A DNA stretch of 64,000 bases from Candidatus Marinacidobacterales bacterium. Lineage in GTDB: Bacteria > Acidobacteriota > Vicinamibacteria > Marinacidobacterales > SMYC01. Of this stretch, positions 57,467-64,000 are shown in pieces. The translations under genes and the position numbers were made by a program. The notes under the pieces are model-generated. The model was given only the letters and a program-made list of their open reading frames with translations, searched no databases and had not been told where the DNA came from. The stretch covers positions 1,376,001 to 1,440,000 of the forward strand of contig CBDCYI010000011.1 in assembly GCA_965224085.1 (NCBI GenBank). Direction: 5' to 3'. Within the stretch, counting starts at the first letter, position 1; each line of letters opens with the position of its first letter.

Positions 57467-60181
57467 ATGAAGATCCCACGCCTGACACCACCGGGTAAGC
57501 TCACGAGTTATCCGCCACCCGAGAAATGGGACGACTGGGTCGAGTACGACCCGAAGCGTTGGCCCGAACGTGTGCCGCGGCACTATACGATCGTGCCAAC
57601 GATTTGCTTCAACTGCGAAGCGGCTTGCGGTCTACTCTCTTATCTCGACAAGGACACGCTCGAAGTACGCAAGTTCGAAGGCAACCCGTACCATCCGGGG
57701 AGCCGCGGAAAGAACTGCGCCAAAGGCCCAGCGACCATCAATCAGGTCAAAGACCCTGAGCGCATCCTCTACCCGCTCAAGCGCAGCGGCGCCCGCGGCG
57801 AGGGCAAATGGGAACGCGTATCTTGGGAGTCCGCTCTCGACGATATCGGGGGGCGCATCCGTAAAGCGATCGATGAGGACCGACGAAACGAAGTGATGTA
57901 TCACGTGGGCCGCCCCGGGCACGAACGTCATATGGATCGTGTCCTTCAAGCGTGGGGCATCGACGGACACAATAGCCATACGAATATTTGCTCCGCCGCG
58001 GCGCGCCTCGGCTACGCGCTCTGGTCGGGCTCCGATCGTCCGAGCCCGGACCACGCGCACGCCCGCGTCATATTGTTGCTCTCGGCGCATCTCGAATCGG
58101 GGCACTACTTCAACCCTCACGCGCAGCGAATCCTCGAAGGCAAGCTGTCCGGGGCAAAGCTCGCGGTGATGGATCCGCGTTTGTCGAACACCGCCTCGGT
58201 GGCCGATGAATGGCTTCCGACGTGGCCGGGAAGCGAAGCAGCAGTGCTATTGGCCATGGCGCGCATCTTGCTCGTCGAGAACCTATTCGACCGCGATTTC
58301 GTCCATGATTGGGTCAATTGGCAGGACACCATGAAGGCGTACCATGACGAGGAGGGGGCGAGCTTCGACGATTTCGACGACTTCATTGGGGCGCTCATCG
58401 AGCATTACGCCGAGTTCACCCCGGAATTCGCCGAAAAAGAGTCCGGAGTTCCTGCCGAGCAAATCACGCGCGTCGCACATCAAATCGGTGCTGCCGGCAA
58501 TCGCTTCGCCTCGCACATCTGGCGCGGCGCCGCCTCCGGCAATCTGGGCGGCTGGCAAGTCGCGCGCGCGCTCCAGTTCTTGACGGTGTTGACGGGGAGC
58601 GTCGGCACGAAGGGCGGCACCCTCCCCCACTCGTGGAACAAGTTCAAGCCGGAATTTTGGGAAGACCCGACACCACACGAGCAGTGGAACGAGCTGCTGT
58701 TTCCCAAAGAGTTCCCGCTCAGCCATTTCGAGATGGGCTTTCTTCTCCCGCATCTGATCCTCGATGGACGCGGCCGGCTCGAAGTCTATTTCACGCGTGT
58801 GTTCAATCCTGTGTGGACGAACCCGGATGGTCATGCGTGGATGGAGGTCCTGAAGGACGAGAAGAAAATGGGTCTACACGTGGCTCTCACGCCGACGTGG
58901 AACGAATCAGCTTTCTTCGCCGACTACGTCCTTCCCATGGGGCTCGCGGGCGAGCGTCACGATATCCAGAGTCAAGAGACCCACGCCGGCAAATGGGTCT
59001 CGTTCCGCCAACCCGTAGCACGGGTAGCGATGGAGCGGCGTGGTCAGAAAGTCGAGCTCACTCACGAAGCCAATCCAGGGGAGGTCTGGGAAGAAGACGA
59101 GTTCTTCGTCGCGCTCTCGTGGAAGATCGACCCTGACGGCGCGCGCGGAATCCGAAAACACTTCGAGTCTCCCTATCGCGAAGGCGAAAAGCTCACCGTC
59201 GACGACTACTACCGTCACGTCTTCGAGAACTCGGTGCCCGGTCTCCCGGAAAAGGCGGAGGAAGAAGGGCTCACGCCACTTCAATACATGCGCAAATACG
59301 GGGCCTTCGAGATCGAGAGCAATGTCTACGAGCTTTACCAGCGTGAAGTTGCCCCGAGTGAGAGCGGTGTCGAGGTCGGGGGCAAGACGCGTCGCGGCTT
59401 TGAGACCCCGTCGAAGAAGCTCGAGCTCTATTCGAGCACGCTCGCCGACTGGGGATGGCCGGAATACGCGATGCCGGGCTACATCCACTCGCACGTACAC
59501 CCGTCGAACATCGATAGAGCGAAGGGCGAGTTCGTGCTCGTACCGACCTTTCGCCTACCGACACAGATCCACACGCGATCGGCGAACTCGAAATGGCTGA
59601 GCGAGATATCACACCGGAATCCCGTATGGATCCACCCCGAGGATGCGCACCGGCTCGGGGTCAATACCGGGGATCTTCTTCACATTGCCACCGAGATCGG
59701 CTATTTCGTCAACCGCGCCTGGGTCACGGAATCAATCAAGCCCGGGATACTCGCGTGCTCGCATCATCTCGGCCGCTGGCGCCTGAAGCCCGATGAAGGC
59801 AGCCGCTGGACGTCGACCCTCATACGCTTCGAGGATCATGGCAGCGGCACGCGTCTCAGGCACGTCGAGCCGCTTTCCGCTTTCGAGAGCATCGACCCGG
59901 ACTCCTCGCGCATCTGGTGGAGTGATGGCGGCGTTCATCAAAACTTGGCCTTTCCCGTCCAGCCGGACCCGATCTCCGGAATGCATTGCTGGCATCAGAA
60001 AATAAGCGCGAAGAAGGCTCCGAGCGAGGACCGCTATGGGGACGTGTTCGTCGACCGCTCGAAATCGCGCGAAGTCTATAGCCGCTGGCTCGCGGAGACG
60101 CGGCCGCCCACCGGAAAACTGCGGCGACCTCTCTGGCTCGGACGCCCAGTGAAACCCGCTCTGAAGATGTTCGAGTTTTAA
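57467..60181 (+). CDS. Mo/W-bisPGD oxidoreductase catalytic subunit, no Tat signal
   Basis: CFNCEAAC..C cluster motif, RILYPL.R.G.RGEGKW, DPR.S.TA, ADYVLP, W.HP.DA..LG...GD. Confidence 0.9.
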   Translation: MKIPRLTPPGKLTSYPPPEKWDDWVEYDPKRWPERVPRHYTIVPTICFNCEAACGLLSYLDKDTLEVRKFEGNPYHPGSRGKNCAKGPATINQVKDPERILYPLKRSGARGEGKWERVSWESALDDIGGRIRKAIDEDRRNEVMYHVGRPGHERHMDRVLQAWGIDGHNSHTNICSAAARLGYALWSGSDRPSPDHAHARVILLLSAHLESGHYFNPHAQRILEGKLSGAKLAVMDPRLSNTASVADEWLPTWPGSEAAVLLAMARILLVENLFDRDFVHDWVNWQDTMKAYHDEEGASFDDFDDFIGALIEHYAEFTPEFAEKESGVPAEQITRVAHQIGAAGNRFASHIWRGAASGNLGGWQVARALQFLTVLTGSVGTKGGTLPHSWNKFKPEFWEDPTPHEQWNELLFPKEFPLSHFEMGFLLPHLILDGRGRLEVYFTRVFNPVWTNPDGHAWMEVLKDEKKMGLHVALTPTWNESAFFADYVLPMGLAGERHDIQSQETHAGKWVSFRQPVARVAMERRGQKVELTHEANPGEVWEEDEFFVALSWKIDPDGARGIRKHFESPYREGEKLTVDDYYRHVFENSVPGLPEKAEEEGLTPLQYMRKYGAFEIESNVYELYQREVAPSESGVEVGGKTRRGFETPSKKLELYSSTLADWGWPEYAMPGYIHSHVHPSNIDRAKGEFVLVPTFRLPTQIHTRSANSKWLSEISHRNPVWIHPEDAHRLGVNTGDLLHIATEIGYFVNRAWVTESIKPGILACSHHLGRWRLKPDEGSRWTSTLIRFEDHGSGTRLRHVEPLSAFESIDPDSSRIWWSDGGVHQNLAFPVQPDPISGMHCWHQKISAKKAPSEDRYGDVFVDRSKSREVYSRWLAETRPPTGKLRRPLWLGRPVKPALKMFEF

Positions 60182-60195
60182 TCAGGTGTCATTGG

Positions 60196-61335
60196 TCAGT
60201 GGTCCGTTTTCAGAGAGGCTAGGCTGCGTTCTATCTCCATTCTTTCGGTCACGCGGTCGCGCGGAACGAGGTTCAGCGCTTTTTGGAGCGGGTCGCGAGC
60301 TTCGCGGATGAAGCCTCGCCGGATGTAGAGCTCGGCAATCCATTTTAAATACTGCCAAGCGTTGTCTTGGTCGTTGACCATGAGTCGGTCGCAAGCCGCG
60401 AGCCCCGCCTCCTCGTCGTGGCCGTTGGACAGGACGAGCTCGGCGAGGTCGCGGTTGTAGCGAATCTCGTCCGGTGCGAGATGGCACGCTCGATTCAGAA
60501 GCTCGAAGGCGGCCTCGGAATCACCTCTTCGCCGCAGCACATCCGCCGCCTCGAAATAGGCTTCGTGGAAACGCGGCTCCTTCTTGACGGTCTCGCGAAA
60601 TTTCTCGAGCGCGGCATCGCCCATCTTTGCGCCCGCGAGGGACCGGCCGAGAAGGAACGTGATGTCGGGGTCATCGCTCTCGTCACGGGCTAGGACCTCG
60701 AGACGCTCGCACGCCTCGTCGAAACGCCCGAGGTCGATGTTCACGGCACACAGCAGAATAGAAACCTCGACGTCGCTCGGTGCGGAACGCTCCGCAGTTT
60801 TCAGAGCTTCGCGCGCCTGGTCCATGCGCCCGGCAAGGGCCAACGCGCGCCCGAGCTCGAGATTCACGACGAAGGACGCGCGTTTCTCCTTTGCCGACGC
60901 CGCAAGAGACCCGACCGCGCGCTCGGCGTTTCCCTGCACCAGAGCGACATATCCCGCCTTGAAGTCATCACCAAGCACACGATAAGCGTCGATGCGTCCG
61001 CGCGATTTGTCCGCGATCGCGAGCTCGAAAAGGTCGTCGATACCGGGATAGAATCCGCCCTCCTCCGTATTGGCAGGCGCCTCATGCACGCCCGGCAGGT
61101 CAGGCGCGACTACTTTATGCACGATACCGCTCGAAGCTCGAAGGCCGGCTAGAGCGTCGCATTCGCGCAACAGCGCTTCGATCGTAGTCGCGCGGTGGTC
61201 GCCCTCGCGAAGTACGGCGCGCGCTCTCGAATATTCCACCCGCGCTCTCTCGAACTCACCTGAGAGAAAGAGACGGTCGCCGCGATGACGAAGGCGTTCG
61301 TAGCCGTAGAGATAATTGAGAAGGTGAGTAAACAA
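60196..61335 (-). CDS. Tetratricopeptide-repeat protein
   Basis: Repeated LG..L...G....A helical pairs; TTG start inferred. Confidence 0.75.
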   Translation of the reverse strand: MFTHLLNYLYGYERLRHRGDRLFLSGEFERARVEYSRARAVLREGDHRATTIEALLRECDALAGLRASSGIVHKVVAPDLPGVHEAPANTEEGGFYPGIDDLFELAIADKSRGRIDAYRVLGDDFKAGYVALVQGNAERAVGSLAASAKEKRASFVVNLELGRALALAGRMDQAREALKTAERSAPSDVEVSILLCAVNIDLGRFDEACERLEVLARDESDDPDITFLLGRSLAGAKMGDAALEKFRETVKKEPRFHEAYFEAADVLRRRGDSEAAFELLNRACHLAPDEIRYNRDLAELVLSNGHDEEAGLAACDRLMVNDQDNAWQYLKWIAELYIRRGFIREARDPLQKALNLVPRDRVTERMEIERSLASLKTDH

Positions 61336-61337
61336 TA

Positions 61338-61910
61338 TTACCGTCTGGGTCGTTCTGGAACGAATGGGGCCGGCTCGTCCGGCTGTTCCGGCAGCAAGAA
61401 CTCCCAATTGTATTGGTTTTTCCGAATCTCCTCGAGCCGATATTCGGCGACGACGAGACGCTCATGGACACCGCTACAATCGACGGCGATGGGCACGAAA
61501 AAGTAGTGGCTCGCGGCGCGGCATTGAAACACGTGGTCTTTCGCGATTTCGAGCTCTCTCTCAGCCGCTTCGAGCTGTTCTTTCCAGACTCGGCGCCACG
61601 TCTCACGAAGCTCGCGGACTTCGTTCGATGAGAGCCGTTTTGAGGCCGGCCGCCCGCGCCGGGATGTGCCTACCCTGGCTTCCTCGGCTTCTCCGGAAAC
61701 GGCGGCGACCGAGCGGCCCGTCACCGAAAGGCCCTCCCCCTCCGAAGCCTCGAGCTCTCGCTCGCGAATGACCAAGACGGGCGTGTCGGATGCGGATTCG
61801 GCGCGCCGCTGTCTCTCCTTGCGGGCCACTTCCCCGAGGCTTTGAGTCCACACCGGCCCGCACAAGAGAAACGAGGTCGTGAGCCCGAGCATCCACCGCT
61901 TCCCCGTCAT
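61338..61910 (-). CDS. Secreted QSLGEVA-type hypothetical protein
   Basis: Signal peptide, QSLGEVARKERQRR, coiled segment, C..VDC pair. Confidence 0.7.
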   Translation of the reverse strand: MTGKRWMLGLTTSFLLCGPVWTQSLGEVARKERQRRAESASDTPVLVIRERELEASEGEGLSVTGRSVAAVSGEAEEARVGTSRRGRPASKRLSSNEVRELRETWRRVWKEQLEAAERELEIAKDHVFQCRAASHYFFVPIAVDCSGVHERLVVAEYRLEEIRKNQYNWEFLLPEQPDEPAPFVPERPRR

Positions 61911-62024
61911 GCCTATACTTTGCCGCAGAAGTCATCACCACCGCAACGACCCGCCATTTGAGGTATAGTTTGGCTTTGCCCCACCGAGCATCAGAGATAG
62001 GACGCTACGGGACCTAGGACTCCA

Positions 62025-64000
62025 ATGAGCCTGCTGAACCGTCTCCGGCCGAAACTCAAGAACAGCGATCCAGACATTCGCGCGGAGGCCGTTCGTGAGC
62101 TCGCAAAAGAAGAGGTGGATCTTCTGATCGCCGTCGCCCAAACGGACACAGATATTCGCGTCCGAAGGATCGCGGTCAAGAAGCTCGAATCGCCGCGTCA
62201 TCTACTCGATATTTCCGAAAAAGACGAGGACGAGGGCCTGCGCGCTTTTGCTCGAACACGCGCCCGCCAGCTCCTTGTACAAATCGGATGCGACAACCGC
62301 GATGTCGAGGAATCGCAACGCGCGCTCGGCCTTCTCAAAGCCCCCTCCGATATCGCGGCCGTCGCCGACAAGGCCCATTTCAACAACGTCCGCGCCAGTG
62401 CATTCGAAGCTCTAACGGACGATAGCGCCCTCGCCGAGCTCGTGCGTCGCTCGAGAAATCCCGAGCTTCGCTCGCGCGCGCTCGAGCGCGTCCGTGAACC
62501 GGCTTCGCTCAGGAGCATAGTTTTGGACGAAGACTCCGGCGATCTGGCGCTCACGGCGCTTGGCCAGCTCGATGACATCGCCTCTTTGGAGACGATCGTA
62601 GACCATGGAGCGGTGGGCAAGACCGTACGTCGCCAGGCCCTCGCCAAGCTCGAGAAGCTCATCCCGGAAGATCATCCCATCAAGGTTCGGCGACGCGACG
62701 AGCGCTACAAGGAGATTTTGAAGCAAGTGAGAGCACTCGACGAGAGCGGGGTGCCCGCTCAGACAACGGAGCTCGAGACGCTGGTGTCGCAGTGGAAGGA
62801 GCTCGGGGCGTTGTCGAAGCCGAGTGCTGCGCTCGTCGAGCCTTTTCAGAAAGCGCGGGAGAGCATCCGCGAGCGTGCGAAAACACTCGCCAAGCGCGAC
62901 CAGCAACAGCTCGAATCTGCCGATACGACTGACGGCACGCCCGCAGAACCGGAATCCGAGTCCACGGACGAAGCGCGACTCGCGCTCCTACGTAACGTTG
63001 TCGAGCTCCCGGAGGGCGATCTCGAAAAGACCCTGGAAGCCGCCTGCGCCCAATGGAGCGTACTCGGCCCTTCTCTCGATGACGCGCTCACACAAAGGTT
63101 CGAAGCCGCAATCGCGAAAGGCGAAAAACGTCTCAGCACTGCGAAAAAGGCTGACGAGCGCGCACGCGCTCTAGTGGAGTTTCTCGAGAACGCGGAGAGC
63201 ATCGTGAAGGGCGGTAAGCTCCCCGCCGCGGCGCGCGAGTGGCAGAAGCTCGAGCGAACTTGGCCGAGCTTCGACGGTATCGCGGACGCGGAAGCAAAAG
63301 CCCGCTATGCCCGCGCCGAGGCCGTGCTCACTGGTCGGAAGGAAAAACAACGCCTCGACCGCGAAGCACAGGGTCAAGCGGCACTATCCGACATACAGGC
63401 GCATCTAAAGAACATGGCATCGCTCGCCGCCATGGACTTGGTGTCGATCAAACAAGCCGAGAAAGAGCTCCGGGCAACGCAGGATCTCTTGAAGACGATG
63501 GGGCCGCTCGCGCCGAGCGTCAACCGCAGGAAAATTCGTCGTGAGATCTCTGACGCGCGCGAAAAACTCTTCAAGAAGACCCAAGAGACTCGCGACATCG
63601 AAGAATGGAAGCGCTGGGCCAATGTGGACATCCAAAACGGACTCATCGCTCGTATGGAAGCGCTTCGCGAGTCGAAGGATGTCCCTAAAGTCGCCAAGGA
63701 GATGCGGACCATCCACGAAGAGTGGAAAAAAGCCGGCGCGGCTCCCGCGCAGAAAGCCGAAGAGCTCTGGCAAAAATATAAACCTGTAAGGGACGAGCTC
63801 AAGTCTCGTTGCGACGAGTTCTTCAAGAAGCAGAACGAGGAACGCGGTGTCAATCTCGAGAAAAAAGTAGCTTTGTGCGAGAAAGTCGAAGCTCAGAAGG
63901 ACTCCGAAGACTGGAACAAAACGGCGGACGCCATCAAAAAGCTACAGAACGAGTGGAAGACGATCGGTCCAGTCCCGCAAAAGAAATCCGACGCGATTTG
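62025..64000 (+). CDS. DUF349-domain protein (partial)
   Basis: Hand translation MSLLNRLRPKLKNSDPDIR.EAV...; EWKRWAN, WK.AG..P....ELW..Y, NLEKK.ALCE, LQ.EWK.IGPVP repeats; open to window end. Confidence 0.85.
   Translation, partial: MSLLNRLRPKLKNSDPDIRAEAVRELAKEEVDLLIAVAQTDTDIRVRRIAVKKLESPRHLLDISEKDEDEGLRAFARTRARQLLVQIGCDNRDVEESQRALGLLKAPSDIAAVADKAHFNNVRASAFEALTDDSALAELVRRSRNPELRSRALERVREPASLRSIVLDEDSGDLALTALGQLDDIASLETIVDHGAVGKTVRRQALAKLEKLIPEDHPIKVRRRDERYKEILKQVRALDESGVPAQTTELETLVSQWKELGALSKPSAALVEPFQKARESIRERAKTLAKRDQQQLESADTTDGTPAEPESESTDEARLALLRNVVELPEGDLEKTLEAACAQWSVLGPSLDDALTQRFEAAIAKGEKRLSTAKKADERARALVEFLENAESIVKGGKLPAAAREWQKLERTWPSFDGIADAEAKARYARAEAVLTGRKEKQRLDREAQGQAALSDIQAHLKNMASLAAMDLVSIKQAEKELRATQDLLKTMGPLAPSVNRRKIRREISDAREKLFKKTQETRDIEEWKRWANVDIQNGLIARMEALRESKDVPKVAKEMRTIHEEWKKAGAAPAQKAEELWQKYKPVRDELKSRCDEFFKKQNEERGVNLEKKVALCEKVEAQKDSEDWNKTADAIKKLQNEWKTIGPVPQKKSDAI

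Noticed and set aside
1-64000. CRISPR arrays, rRNA, prophage, reverse transcriptase/DGR, riboswitches
   Set aside because: No spaced direct repeats or diagnostic motifs recognised by eye; an Rfam scan was not possible.
1-64000. Numerous long antisense or overlapping ORFs in the track (e.g. 27954-28961, 38438-39574, 48937-50067)
   Set aside because: Shadow ORFs of real genes in GC-rich DNA, with no motifs.

Overview
GC-rich (roughly 60% by eye) bacterial chromosomal window. Gene content and order (ihfA-merR-tRNAPro-surE, yicC-gmk-udg-priA, ECF42/DGPF pair, DUF349, QSLGEVA-type secreted proteins) suggest Acidobacteriota, probably Vicinamibacteria-like; this is inference only. 1-15 kb is accessory and decaying: NHL, HupE and cupredoxin genes, selO, a 912-aa pure coiled-coil protein, a phoX fragment, two near-identical IS200-type elements and two transposase fossils. 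15-30 kb is core housekeeping with two tRNA-Pro genes. 28-40.5 kb is a sugar-nucleotide/glycosyltransferase locus interrupted by an orphan selenosugar-synthase-like senB, a DGPF/ECF42 pair and a PilZ gene. 40.7-64 kb holds a TAXI-TRAP transporter, creatininase, pepP, a frameshifted pyk, an amidase with a Tat-bearing small partner, an MltF-like gene, a Tat-less molybdoenzyme complex and a DUF349 gene. The most unexplained signal is a strand-asymmetric loss of C at synonymous sites across udg and into priA. It starts next to an 8-mer-repeat palindrome that sits where rpoZ-coaBC are often found; similar short-period repeats occur at two other intergenic sites. Several frameshifts may be real decay or assembly errors, which cannot be separated without reads. 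All family calls are from motif recognition, not database searches.
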